A stretch of 64,000 nt of DNA. Source: Kiritimatiellia bacterium (lineage in GTDB: Bacteria > Verrucomicrobiota > Kiritimatiellia > RFP12 > UBA1067). The stretch is from contig JBJEWF010000087.1 in assembly GCA_051884915.1 (NCBI GenBank), forward strand, positions 30,595 to 94,594, read 5' to 3'. A program made the translations under genes and the position numbers. This document shows, in pieces, positions 9,167 through 18,860 of this stretch (within the stretch, counting starts at the first letter, position 1; the number at the start of each line of letters is the position of its first letter). Below the pieces are notes generated by a model. That model made no database searches, was not told the origin of the DNA, and was given only the letters and a program-made list of their open reading frames with translations.

Positions 9167-10771
9167 TCACCGCCGGCCCCGGCGGCGCAGACTGCGGAGG
9201 CGCGCGCGGAAGGTTGCCGGGTTCAGGGCGAACACGGCCGCAAAATAGACGATTCCGCCCACGCCGACCAAGACGATCAGAAGGGCGGACTGGACGCCCG
9301 GTCCCATCCAGCCGCGTTGCGCGGCAACCCGGACAAGGCCCTGCCGCGCGACCTCCAGCGCAATTCCCATCAGACCGGCGGCCAGGCAGGTCTTCCCCAC
9401 GGGTCCGACAAGTCCGCGGAACCCGACATCGCCATTCCGCCGGACGGCCAGGCGCCCCAGCAGCAGGCAGGACGCCCCCGCGCAAACGACAGTGGAAGCC
9501 GCCAGGCCGACGTGCTTCCACTCCACGGGCAGAAAGACGACGGCCAGAATATTCAGGGCGGCATTCAGAAAGACCATTTTCACGCTGACCCGAAGGGGCG
9601 TCGACATGTCCTTCTGCGCCTGGAACCACGGCACCAGGCACTTCTGCAATCCGAAAAACCCCAACCCCGCCGCGTAGCAGGCGACGGCACGGGCCACCCG
9701 CGTCGTCGCAACCGCGTCAAAAGCCCGCCCTTCGTAGATCAGCCGCGTCACGTCCGGCGCCAGAATGCCAAGGCCGACGGCGGCCGGCATCATCACGAAG
9801 AGCATCTTGTCGACGGCCGCGAGAAGGGCCTGCCGCGCGCCCGCCGCGTCGTTTTTCGCGAAACGGCCGGAGAACACGGGGAGAAGGACGGTCCCGAAAG
9901 CCACCCCCACGACCCCCAGCGGCAAGTCCATCAGGCGTTCCGCATAGCCGATCACGCCCGCGGCCCAGGGCGAGGCCGCCTGGCCAAGGACCTGGTCCAG
10001 CATGTAGTTGATCTGGACGGCCCCTGCGCCCACGGCGCCAATCACGGTATTCCGCCACACCAGTTTCGTCTTGGGCGCCAGCCACCCGGTGAATGTCAAG
10101 CCCGGCGTCATGCCGCGCCTGTGCATGCACCAGAACATGAAGCCCATCTGGGCCGCGCCGGCGATCAGAATCGCAGCCGCCACGCGCTGGACGCGCGCGG
10201 CAAGGGCCAAATCCCCGCAAAACGACAGATAGACGAGCGACGCGATCCAGAAGACGTTCAGCAGACAGGGCATCAGCGCCGAAGCCGTAAACTTCTCCAT
10301 CGCGTTCAGGACGCCCATCCCAAATGCGGCGCCGCAAATGAAAATCATGTAGGGGAGCAGCAGACGCGTCAGCTGGAGAATCAGCGCGACCCGCGAACAT
10401 TCCGGCGAGGCTCCGTCCAGTCCCCACGGCCGGTACCCCAGCGCGACCGTAACGCCCAGAACCGACAGCACGACGACCGCGCCCAGCATGAAGAACGACA
10501 TCGTCATCACGGCCCGCGCCAGCTGGCGCGCCTCTTCAATCCTCCGGGCCTCCAGCTCTTCCTTGAACACGGGGACGAAGGCCGAGGTCAAAGCCCCCTC
10601 GCCGAACAATTTCCGGGCCATGTTGGGAATGGCAAAAGCCAGCGTGAAGGCGCTTTGCTCCCACCCCGCGCCGATGAGGCGCGACTGGAGCATTTCCCGG
10701 ACGAGTCCAAGAACCCGCGACAAAGCCGTCATCGTTCCCACAATCGCGGTATTCTTCAAGATAGACGCCAT
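9167..10771 (-). CDS. murJ: Lipid II flippase MurJ (MviN family)
   Basis: MASILKNTAIVGTMTALSRVLGLVREMLQSRLIGAG...AFVPVF matches the MurJ N-terminal signature, and the protein has about 14 hydrophobic segments. I moved the start to ATG 10771; the track start is 10831. Confidence 0.88.
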   Translation of the reverse strand: MASILKNTAIVGTMTALSRVLGLVREMLQSRLIGAGWEQSAFTLAFAIPNMARKLFGEGALTSAFVPVFKEELEARRIEEARQLARAVMTMSFFMLGAVVVLSVLGVTVALGYRPWGLDGASPECSRVALILQLTRLLLPYMIFICGAAFGMGVLNAMEKFTASALMPCLLNVFWIASLVYLSFCGDLALAARVQRVAAAILIAGAAQMGFMFWCMHRRGMTPGLTFTGWLAPKTKLVWRNTVIGAVGAGAVQINYMLDQVLGQAASPWAAGVIGYAERLMDLPLGVVGVAFGTVLLPVFSGRFAKNDAAGARQALLAAVDKMLFVMMPAAVGLGILAPDVTRLIYEGRAFDAVATTRVARAVACYAAGLGFFGLQKCLVPWFQAQKDMSTPLRVSVKMVFLNAALNILAVVFLPVEWKHVGLAASTVVCAGASCLLLGRLAVRRNGDVGFRGLVGPVGKTCLAAGLMGIALEVARQGLVRVAAQRGWMGPGVQSALLIVLVGVGGIVYFAAVFALNPATFRARLRSLRRRGRR

Positions 10772-10797
10772 GGCTTTCCCTTTGAACCGACTCGGGA

Positions 10798-11730
10798 TCA
10801 TGCGGATCGGAGCGGTCCGCCGTCCGTCCACACGACCTTTTCGGACGGAATCGTCTCCAGCGCGAAAAGCGGCAGCAGCTCCCGCAGCGAACGCGGGGAC
10901 CCGTCACCCCATCCGCAAGTCTGGGCGAGCCGTCCCAGAATCGTCTCCGGCGCGACGCCCGCCGCGCGATAGCTGGCGATGCGCGTGTCGCCGTGGCGCT
11001 TGCAGAGACGACGACCGTCCGGCCCCACGACGAGGGGGACGTGGCAGAAGGCGGGCGGCTCGTACCCCAGGGCACGGTAGAGGAGAATCTGGCACGGCGT
11101 GGCCGCCAGAAGGTCGTCCGCGCGGACCACCTCCGTCACGCCCATCAGCGCGTCGTCGACGACGACCGCCAACGTGTACCCCGCCCCGAATTCGTCCCGG
11201 GCGATCGGGAAGTCGCCAAGGGCGTTCGAGACGTCCAGCGCATAAGGCCCCGCGAACACGTCCGTGAATCGGACGATCTCCCCTTCCCCGACCCGAAACC
11301 GCCAGCAGGGCGGGCGGACGGCCGCCGCGTCCGCCCAGGCCGAAAAGCGATTCCTGCACATTCCCGGATAGTAGAGCTGTTCCCCCGCATGGGGAGCCGA
11401 CTGGGCCGCCTGCACGTCTTTCCGCGAACAGACGCACGGATAGACCCGCCCCTGGGACTTCAGCCGCTCCAGCGCTTCGCGGTAGAGTTCCTTCCGCTCG
11501 CTTTGGACGAACGTCTCGTCCCAGTCGAAGCCCAGCCATTCCAGATCGTCCCGGGCCGCGCGCGCAGCCCCCGGTCGGTCGCGCGGATGGTCCAGGTCCT
11601 CCGTCCGGTAGATCACGCGTCCGCCCTGCGCGCGCGCGCGCAGCCAGGCAATCATGAACGTGCGCACGTTCCCCAGGTGGAGGGCGCCGGTCGGCGAAGG
11701 GGCAAGACGCCCGGTGTACGGCTTCGGCAT
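10798..11730 (-). CDS. gluQ: Glutamyl-Q tRNA(Asp) synthetase
   Basis: 310 aa. GRLAPSPTGALHLGNVRTFMIAW...YRTEDLD carries a class I HIGH-like motif. The protein is a truncated GluRS-like catalytic domain without an anticodon-binding domain, and KRHGD is present. Confidence 0.85.
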   Translation of the reverse strand: MPKPYTGRLAPSPTGALHLGNVRTFMIAWLRARAQGGRVIYRTEDLDHPRDRPGAARAARDDLEWLGFDWDETFVQSERKELYREALERLKSQGRVYPCVCSRKDVQAAQSAPHAGEQLYYPGMCRNRFSAWADAAAVRPPCWRFRVGEGEIVRFTDVFAGPYALDVSNALGDFPIARDEFGAGYTLAVVVDDALMGVTEVVRADDLLAATPCQILLYRALGYEPPAFCHVPLVVGPDGRRLCKRHGDTRIASYRAAGVAPETILGRLAQTCGWGDGSPRSLRELLPLFALETIPSEKVVWTDGGPLRSA

Positions 11731-11731
11731 G

Positions 11732-12340
11732 CTAGAAACCCAGACTGTGGATCAACGGGAACAGCACGCGCTTGGCGACATCGGCATTCATCCGGTGCCC
11801 GCCTTCGAAAGTCCGCCCCATCCCCGGATAGTACGTCTCGAAGATCGCGCGCGACGACGCCGTCAGCTCGTCGGCATCGCCGAAGAGGCCATGGCAGAAA
11901 ACGGAATCCTCTTCACACCAGTCCGCGAACTGGTTCGCCTCCATCGCGGCAAAACGGGCGATGATCTCCTTCGTCAGCTGGAACGTGAGCGCGCCGTCCC
12001 TGCGCGCGTTCAGCCATTTGTGGCGGCCCACGGAAAGGACGGAATAGAGGCGCGACATTTCAAAGGCCGGATTGATGCAGATGCGCTCGAATCCGCGCAG
12101 CTGCTGGGCGTACATTCCGCCCATGGACGTCCCGATGATCAAAGCCGGCCGTTCCTTTGCCGCAAGGGCCTTCAGCATCGGCAGCGCCAAGGCGGGATCG
12201 ACCGGAATGTCCGGAGCCAGAACGGCAATGCGGTCGCGGCTCTTCCTTTCCCAGAATTCCCGGCGCAGCAAATCGACCGTTCCGCTCGCCCCCGACGAGG
12301 CGAATCCGTGCAGATAGAGGAACTTGCGCGGCTCGGCCAT
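11732..12340 (-). CDS. YqiA/UPF0227-like alpha/beta-fold esterase
   Basis: KFLYLHGFASSGAS...IIGTSMGGMYA is a nucleophile-elbow-like motif, and the 202-aa size fits. I moved the start to ATG 12340; the track start is 12454. Confidence 0.65.
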   Translation of the reverse strand: MAEPRKFLYLHGFASSGASGTVDLLRREFWERKSRDRIAVLAPDIPVDPALALPMLKALAAKERPALIIGTSMGGMYAQQLRGFERICINPAFEMSRLYSVLSVGRHKWLNARRDGALTFQLTKEIIARFAAMEANQFADWCEEDSVFCHGLFGDADELTASSRAIFETYYPGMGRTFEGGHRMNADVAKRVLFPLIHSLGF

Positions 12341-12356
12341 CGATCCCCGTTTCGCC

Positions 12357-13262
12357 TCAGATGCCGCGCTGCCGGCGTTCCAGCGCCTCGATCCGGTCTT
12401 CCAGCGAGGGATGCGTGGAGAAGAGAGACGTCCGGCTTCCCCCCACCGCGCCAAAGGCCTTCAGCGAATCCGGCAGCGTGCCGGACTGCAGGTTCCCCAG
12501 CCGGCGCAAGGCCGCAATCATCGACGCGGGCGAACCCAACAGGTCGGCGCTGCCGGCGTCCGCCGCATACTCGCGGCGGCGCGAATACCACATGGCGACC
12601 ACGGACGCCGCCAGACCCAGGACGATCTGGAGCAGGAAATACACCAGATAGTAGATCCCCGAGCTCCCGCGCCGGTTGTCCTTGCCGTTGGACAGGGCGC
12701 TGGAGGCCAGATAGGCGACGGCGCGGGACAGGAAGATCACGCACGCGTTCAGCACGCCCTGGAGCAGCGTCATCGTGACCATGTCGCCGTTCGCCACGTG
12801 GCTCATTTCATGGCCGAGGACGGCCCGCAGCTCTTCCTTGGTCAGCTGGCGGATGATGCCGTCGGAAACGGCGACGAGGGCATGGTTCTTGAACGCGCCG
12901 GTTGCAAAGGCATTCGCCCCGCCGTGATAGACCGCCACTTCCGGCATCGCGACATTGGCGCGTTCGGCGAGCGAACGAACCGTGTCCACCAGCCACCGTT
13001 CCGTCTCGCCCTCGCTGCCGTCAATCGTCTGCGCGGAAACGGAGAATTTGGCAATCGTCTTCGACAGCAGCAGCGAAATGAATCCGCCCGCCATGCCCCA
13101 GACCAGGGAGAAAACGGCCAATGCCTGCAGATCCAGCCCCGTCGACCGCCGAAAGACCGCATTGGGGTCCAGTCCCAGAAATAGGCAGACGCCATGGTAA
13201 ATCGCCATCAGCACGAGCATGACGGCAAAGTTCGTCGCGACAAAAAGGAAAATCCGTTTCAT
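12357..13262 (-). CDS. htpX: Membrane zinc metalloprotease HtpX
   Basis: MKRIFLFVATNFAVMLVL... followed by the HEMSHVANGD zinc motif (HExxH), TM segments and a C-terminal STHPSLEDRIEAL. Confidence 0.93.
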   Translation of the reverse strand: MKRIFLFVATNFAVMLVLMAIYHGVCLFLGLDPNAVFRRSTGLDLQALAVFSLVWGMAGGFISLLLSKTIAKFSVSAQTIDGSEGETERWLVDTVRSLAERANVAMPEVAVYHGGANAFATGAFKNHALVAVSDGIIRQLTKEELRAVLGHEMSHVANGDMVTMTLLQGVLNACVIFLSRAVAYLASSALSNGKDNRRGSSGIYYLVYFLLQIVLGLAASVVAMWYSRRREYAADAGSADLLGSPASMIAALRRLGNLQSGTLPDSLKAFGAVGGSRTSLFSTHPSLEDRIEALERRQRGI

Positions 13263-13283
13263 GGATCAAGTCTCCTCATTCGA

Positions 13284-15137
13284 TCAGTTTTCATTCGAGT
13301 GGAGTCCGCCCGACCCCGCCTTGAAGACGATGTTGCCCCGGTCGGTTCCCGGCACCAGACAGGCGCAGTTCCAGATGCAGGCGCCGCAATGGACGCACTT
13401 CTCGCGGTCGAATTTCGGCGTCTGGCCCGGCTCGTCCGAAGGCATCAGCGCCTGGGCGGAACAGATTTCAATGCAGGTGTGCTTCGTGCAGGAGGCGCAC
13501 AGCGCGGGGTCTTCGAACGTCACGTGGTCGGCGAATCCGGGCGCGGCCTGGACCTTTCCCCCCAGCAGCAGCGCATCCTGGTGCTGCATCAGCAATTCGC
13601 CGTCAAACGGAATCGCCGGCCAGCCGCAGGCGTCCATCACCGCATCGTGCAGCGGCTTGCGCGCCTTTTCGGCGGCCGCGATCCCCTCGCGGAGCTTTGC
13701 CCGGTCGCACCGGCGCCCCTTGACGGCCGTCGCGAGATCGGGAATCCGCGAGGCGGGCGGCACGCTCTTGAACGGAAGCGCGAGGCCCAGCATGCCGCGC
13801 AGCCCTTCGCCCAGCATGCCGAGGAAGAAGGACTTGCTGAAACCATTGCGCGCGCCCGTCGCTTTCCGGAGGCGCTTGTCCAGCGCGGAGGCGCGACGAT
13901 CGGCAACATAGGTCGATTCCAGATTCGCCCGCGTGAAGTCCTTCCCCTCCCGGACGAGCGCGAGGACGGCCCGGGCCAGCTGGACGCCGCTGCACCAGGC
14001 CTCGTCGACGCCCGCATTGGCCAGAACGTCCGTCGTGCCCGAACCTTCGCCAATCCGGGCGAATCCGTCACCCGCGAGAAACGGTTCGCCTTCCTGCCCG
14101 GACTCCAGAATCGACTTGGCGCCCCAGCTCAAGAGCCTGCCGCCCTTGACGTGGCGCCAGATGTACGGATGCTGCATCCAATGCTGCAGATAGCGGTACG
14201 TCGTGCGGACGGGCGTATCCTGCCAGGGCGCGACAAAAATCCCCAGCGCCGCCGTCCGGTTCGGATAGACGTACATGAAGCCGAAGATTTCCGGCTCCGG
14301 GAAACCCAGCGTGTGGATCACCGTTCCCGGTTCCAGGTCGCAGGTTTCGGGCAGCTGGACCACGGCCTTCATGCCCACGCCCCAGTCGTATTGGTGATGG
14401 CCCTGCGGCAGACCGAATTTTTCATTCAGCGCCCGACCGACGGCGCCAACCGGACCATCCGCGACAACCGTCAGCGCGGCCTTGACGTCCATGCCCGGCA
14501 TGTAGGCGCCCTCAATCGGCGCGCCGTCCTTTTCAACGCCCTGGTCGACGAGGCGCACGCCCACGACTTTGTCGCCCGCGAACAGGGGGCCGGCAACGGG
14601 CATTCCCGGCATGATCATCAGGCCGGACTCCATGACCTTCTGGGACGCCCACGTCATGAACGAACCCATGGACATGACAAGTCCCCCCGCCTTGTCCATG
14701 AACGCCGGCGTGAACGGCAGTTCGCGGGCGTTCCACGCGCGCCCCTTCATGAAGGCTCCGCCCATTCTGAAGCAGAGATCGGCAAACCGGGTCGAGGCGC
14801 TCCGTTTCGAGCAGCCAATCGGGTCCAGCAGATAGGCCGTGTGCTCCCTGCCCACCGCAACGCAGTTCGGAATCTCCTGCGTCAGGTCGAGATCCGGAAA
14901 CGACGCGCGGATCGCCTCCGCCCGCGTGACGATGCCCGATACGCCAAAGCCGGGATCGTCGGCGCGTTCGTAGCACGTCACCTGCAGCGGGCAGCCGGGC
15001 ATGACCTTCGACTCGTAAAGGGGCGTGCCGTCGTCCTTCGTCTTGGCGAGTTCCGGACCCAACGTGGTCAAAAAGCCCGCCGCCGCCGGACCGAAGCCCG
15101 CCACCACAATGTCCACCGGCATTTCCTGTCTGTCCAT
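13284..15137 (-). CDS. Electron-transfer flavoprotein:quinone oxidoreductase-like protein (FixC-type flavoprotein fused to a FixX-type ferredoxin)
   Basis: An N-terminal FAD dinucleotide fold (DIVVAGFGPAAAGF) and a C-terminal Cys cluster (CTKHTCIEICSAQAL...CVHCGACIWNC). 617 aa. Confidence 0.75.
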   Translation of the reverse strand: MDRQEMPVDIVVAGFGPAAAGFLTTLGPELAKTKDDGTPLYESKVMPGCPLQVTCYERADDPGFGVSGIVTRAEAIRASFPDLDLTQEIPNCVAVGREHTAYLLDPIGCSKRSASTRFADLCFRMGGAFMKGRAWNARELPFTPAFMDKAGGLVMSMGSFMTWASQKVMESGLMIMPGMPVAGPLFAGDKVVGVRLVDQGVEKDGAPIEGAYMPGMDVKAALTVVADGPVGAVGRALNEKFGLPQGHHQYDWGVGMKAVVQLPETCDLEPGTVIHTLGFPEPEIFGFMYVYPNRTAALGIFVAPWQDTPVRTTYRYLQHWMQHPYIWRHVKGGRLLSWGAKSILESGQEGEPFLAGDGFARIGEGSGTTDVLANAGVDEAWCSGVQLARAVLALVREGKDFTRANLESTYVADRRASALDKRLRKATGARNGFSKSFFLGMLGEGLRGMLGLALPFKSVPPASRIPDLATAVKGRRCDRAKLREGIAAAEKARKPLHDAVMDACGWPAIPFDGELLMQHQDALLLGGKVQAAPGFADHVTFEDPALCASCTKHTCIEICSAQALMPSDEPGQTPKFDREKCVHCGACIWNCACLVPGTDRGNIVFKAGSGGLHSNEN

Positions 15138-15182
15138 CGTCCGTTTCCTTCCTGGGATTTCCGTCTTTGTCCGCGCGCCGCC

Positions 15183-15878
15183 CTATCCCAGCGGCGCCGG
15201 CGGTTCCGTCAGGCGCCCGCGTTCCAGCGCCAGGATCCGATCGCATTTTGCCGCGGCCGCGCGCGAATGCGTGACCATGACACACGCAAGCGGCGACTCG
15301 TTCAGTTCAAACAGCAGCTTCAGGATTTCGGCGCCCGTCAGCGCGTCGAGATTGCCCGTCGGCTCGTCGGCGAACACGATTTCCGGACGGCAGATCAGCG
15401 CACGGGCCAGAGCCACGCGCTGCTGTTCGCCGCCCGACAGTTCCGTGGGGAGATGCGCCAGCCGGTCTCCGAGTCCGACCTTTTCGAGAAGTTCCCGCGC
15501 GCGCGTGCGCGCGGAAGGGACGCGGGCGTATCCCGTCATTGTCGGCAGCAGAACGTTCTCCACGACATCCAATTCCGGCATCAGATGGAAACTCTGGAAG
15601 ACGAATCCGATTTTCGTCGCCCGCAGGCGATTGCTCCGCCACGCGGCCCCGAAACCGCGGAACAGCGACGTGCCGTCAAGCCGGACGTCGCCCGCCGTCG
15701 GCCGGTCCAGGCCGCCGAGGATGTTCAGCAGCGTCGTCTTTCCCGCGCCGCTCCGTCCGACAACGGCCACATGCTCGCCCCGGTCGACCGCGAACGCCAC
15801 CCCGTCGAGAACCCGAATCGGCTTCTGGCCGGGGAGCCGGTATTCCTTGACGACATCCTGGACGGTCAGCAAACTCAT
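15183..15878 (-). CDS. lolD: ABC transporter ATP-binding protein, LolD/MacB-type
   Basis: Walker A GRSGAGKTT, signature LSGGEQQR and Walker B IVFADEPT. Its start overlaps the stop of the upstream permease (15875-15878). Confidence 0.8.
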   Translation of the reverse strand: MSLLTVQDVVKEYRLPGQKPIRVLDGVAFAVDRGEHVAVVGRSGAGKTTLLNILGGLDRPTAGDVRLDGTSLFRGFGAAWRSNRLRATKIGFVFQSFHLMPELDVVENVLLPTMTGYARVPSARTRARELLEKVGLGDRLAHLPTELSGGEQQRVALARALICRPEIVFADEPTGNLDALTGAEILKLLFELNESPLACVMVTHSRAAAAKCDRILALERGRLTEPPAPLG

Positions 15879-17101
15879 TTGTTCAACGCCTCAACGGGAT
15901 TCTTGGACGCCGCGAGGAATGCCGGAACCAGCGCCGCCAGCAGACCAAACACGTAGACGACAACGACAACCCAGACGACGTCCGCCGTCACCAGGCGGTA
16001 CGGAAGCGAATCCAGTCCATACACCGCCTTCGGGAACACCTCCACGCCGAAGCGCGCCAGCTGTTCAACCAGATTCTGCAGATTCTTCAGCACCGCAAAC
16101 GCCGTCGCCAGCCCCAGCCCGGTTCCCGCCGTCACCTGGGCAAGGCCATGCACGACAAATGCCCCCATGATCTTCCGCTTCGGAAACCCCAGGGCCTTCA
16201 TCAGCCCGATTTGCGGCGTCTTCTGGACCGTCAGCACGAGCAGCGTATTCATCACGCAGAAAAGCGCGACGACCGTAATCAGCATCAGCAGAAGCGCCGT
16301 CATGTTCTTCTCCACGGCCAGGGCGTTGAACAGCTCGCGGTCCGCCTGCCGCCACGTCACCTGCCGGCAGTCCGGCGCAATCTGCCCGATCTTCTCGCAG
16401 ACCGCATTGAACGCGGGCACATTCGACGGTTCGGCCGTCTTGAGATGAATGGCGAAGACGCCTTTCTCCATCCCCATCAGGTCGCGGACGTTCGCGAGCG
16501 ACGCCACCGCAAACCCGCTGTCGTAATCGCGCTGTCCGGAGGAGAAGACGCCCGTCACCTTCCATTTGACCGGCAGATAGATTTCATCCCGACCCACCAG
16601 GGTCTTCGGCGAATAGACGGTGACCACGTCCCCGATCCAGGCTCCCAGCTGCCGCGCCAGATCCACGCCGAGGACGATGGAGTCGCCTTCGAGGTCGTAT
16701 TCGCCGGCACGCGGACGGCCGATGCTGTAGGCTTTGAGGAACCGGTCGGGATCGACGCCGAGAATCATCGGCGCGGAGATTCTGCCGCGGTGCTCCAGCA
16801 TGACCCGGGCGTCGATCTCCGGCGTCACGGCCGTGACGCCGGGAATCGCCTCAAGCCGCCGGGTCAGTTCGTCTTCGCCGCGGATGACATGGACGCCGCC
16901 ATACGGCGTCAGCGTGACGTGCGGCTTGAAATCGAGAATCTTCTTCTCCCACAGGTCGCCGAAACCCGTCATGACCGCGCGAACGATGATGACGGCGGCG
17001 ACCCCCAGCAAGACGCCCAAAACCGAAACGCAGGTGATCACGCTGGTGACGCTGCGTTTCGGCTTCAGGTATTTCAGCGCTAGAAACAGACTGAACGGCA
17101 T
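15875..17101 (-). CDS. LolC/LolE-family (FtsX/MacB-type) ABC permease
   Basis: MPFSLFLALKYLKPKRS... matches the typical LolC/E N-terminus. The protein has a large periplasmic loop and a C-terminal FtsX-like 3-TM bundle. I moved the start to ATG 17101, one base from the stop of the upstream gene; the track start is 17170. Confidence 0.8.
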   Translation of the reverse strand: MPFSLFLALKYLKPKRSVTSVITCVSVLGVLLGVAAVIIVRAVMTGFGDLWEKKILDFKPHVTLTPYGGVHVIRGEDELTRRLEAIPGVTAVTPEIDARVMLEHRGRISAPMILGVDPDRFLKAYSIGRPRAGEYDLEGDSIVLGVDLARQLGAWIGDVVTVYSPKTLVGRDEIYLPVKWKVTGVFSSGQRDYDSGFAVASLANVRDLMGMEKGVFAIHLKTAEPSNVPAFNAVCEKIGQIAPDCRQVTWRQADRELFNALAVEKNMTALLLMLITVVALFCVMNTLLVLTVQKTPQIGLMKALGFPKRKIMGAFVVHGLAQVTAGTGLGLATAFAVLKNLQNLVEQLARFGVEVFPKAVYGLDSLPYRLVTADVVWVVVVVYVFGLLAALVPAFLAASKNPVEALNK

Positions 17102-17102
17102 C

Positions 17103-18839
17103 TCAAATATCGATGGAGACGCCGACCTCGCCGCCCTTGTCCTTCGACAGCGCCTCGACGTCGGCTTCAACTTCCGTGGCCTTCAGGGTGGAAGTCGGCA
17201 GATAGCGGTAGTACACCATCAGCTGCAATGCGGCAAGACAGGTGCCCATCACATCGTAGTTGTAATGGTCGCCGTTCACCCAGTGTCCCATCTGGCGCGG
17301 CTTCCCCGAAGCGTCCTCGATGGTCAGCGGCTCCTTGGTCTTCGCATCGACGCACGTGATGATCGACTTCGGATAGAGCGCCTTCATCTCGGTGTTCCAC
17401 TTCTTCCAGAGCGTCTGGTTGGCCGGCGTGGCGTTCTTGCACATGCCGGCCTGGTATTTGCACTGGGCGGCGTAGTAGGAATAGTACTGCGAGTTCGGCC
17501 CGCCCGACATGTGCTTCTTGTCGAACGTCGGCGACCAGCCCTTCATGACGTCCAGCGCGTTGACGACTTCAGGGTCCTTGGCGTAGCCGAGGAGCTGCAT
17601 TGCAAGGCAGCCGACGCCGCCCAGACCGCCGCCGCTGCTTCCGGGACGGTAGACAAAGCCGGCCTTCTTGTTGTAGTTGCGCGTCTTGAGGCACTTGACG
17701 GCCTTCTTGATGCACTCCTCCTGCCCCGGCAGATGGATGCCCGCCATCTTGCCGGCCTTCAGCGCCTGCATGGCCCAGCCGCCGAACGAGATGTCGTCCG
17801 GCGCTTCCGTCGTCACGCGCTTCATGTTGTAGTTCCAGCCGCCGGTGGCCGTCTGGCCCGCGATGATGCGTCCCAGCGTCTTTTCGGCCGCCTCGCGCGC
17901 GTTCGGATTCCTGGTCATGCCGAACGCCTCGCACAGCGCGTAGGTGCCGATCAGGAAGCCGTACTCGGTCCCCGAGGCGCCGCGCATCTTCACCGACGGC
18001 GTGTTGCCGTTGTTGTCCTTCTTCAGCGAGCCGTCCTTGTTCTTCTCGATGTAGACGCTCTTGACCAGATAGTCGAGGGCTTTCTGCACCGTCGGGCCGA
18101 ATTCCTTCGAGCCGGGCGTTTCGCCGTGGGCGAGGAACGTCAGCACGGCGAAGCCGCAGCCCGCCGCCTTGTCCATGCCCTTCGTCAACCCGAACGCCGG
18201 CTTCGTGCCCCAGGAGCCGTCGGCATCCTGCGTGGCCTTCAACCAGCGCAGCGCCTTCATGACGGCGGCCTCCGTCAGCGCGTCGCCGTACTGGGCGCCG
18301 CCGCGCGTCTGCGTGCCGCGGACGCCCGCGCCGCGCTCCGTGCCCAGCACGGACTTGATCGTCACCGGGCTCTTGATGTTGAGCATCGCGTCGACGGACG
18401 CCACCTTCACCGACTGCGGTTCGGCCGTCGGCGCCGGCTGCTGCGCCACTTCCGTCGGATTCACCGTGGGCGTGTCCACGGCGATTTCAACGTCGATGTC
18501 CGGCGGCGGCTCCGTCTCCGGCGGCGGTTCGACCTCCTCAAGCTGCTCCTCCTGCTGGTCGGCCTGCACGATCTCGACCTTGATCTCCTGCCGGGTCCTG
18601 CTGCCCACCGCCGTCACGACGAACAGCACGATGACGCCGATCAATGGAATGAGAATGGCCATCAGGGGCGCGATCTGGCGCTGCAGCTCGATGATGGCCT
18701 CCTTGTATTCGCGCGAGGCGCGCGAACGGCCAAGGCCGGTGAACATCTTCAGAAGCCGCTTGAAATAGCCTTCCTCGTCGTATTTGGCCATTTCCTCCTC
18801 AAGGCGTTCCTTCATGACTTCTTCGTCAATCGTCTCCAT
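17103..18839 (-). CDS. TonB/TolA-like membrane anchor and Glu/Pro-rich spacer fused to a prenyltransferase/squalene-cyclase-like (QW-motif) alpha/alpha toroid domain
   Basis: 578 aa. An acidic cytoplasmic head, one TM helix (IAPLMAILIPLIGVIVLFVVTAVG) and a spacer (QQEEQLEEVEPPPETEPPPDIDVE...QQPAPTAEPQ). The C-terminal part carries two QxxxGxW motifs (ATQDADGSW, AGQTATGGW). It sits directly downstream of exbB-exbD-exbD. Confidence 0.7.
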   Translation of the reverse strand: METIDEEVMKERLEEEMAKYDEEGYFKRLLKMFTGLGRSRASREYKEAIIELQRQIAPLMAILIPLIGVIVLFVVTAVGSRTRQEIKVEIVQADQQEEQLEEVEPPPETEPPPDIDVEIAVDTPTVNPTEVAQQPAPTAEPQSVKVASVDAMLNIKSPVTIKSVLGTERGAGVRGTQTRGGAQYGDALTEAAVMKALRWLKATQDADGSWGTKPAFGLTKGMDKAAGCGFAVLTFLAHGETPGSKEFGPTVQKALDYLVKSVYIEKNKDGSLKKDNNGNTPSVKMRGASGTEYGFLIGTYALCEAFGMTRNPNAREAAEKTLGRIIAGQTATGGWNYNMKRVTTEAPDDISFGGWAMQALKAGKMAGIHLPGQEECIKKAVKCLKTRNYNKKAGFVYRPGSSGGGLGGVGCLAMQLLGYAKDPEVVNALDVMKGWSPTFDKKHMSGGPNSQYYSYYAAQCKYQAGMCKNATPANQTLWKKWNTEMKALYPKSIITCVDAKTKEPLTIEDASGKPRQMGHWVNGDHYNYDVMGTCLAALQLMVYYRYLPTSTLKATEVEADVEALSKDKGGEVGVSIDI

Positions 18840-18860
18840 GTCGGACTCCTTCCCCCCTCG

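Noticed and set aside
13284-15137. ETF:quinone oxidoreductase-like gene without adjacent etfA/etfB
   Set aside because: ETF genes are often encoded elsewhere. Absence within one window is not informative.
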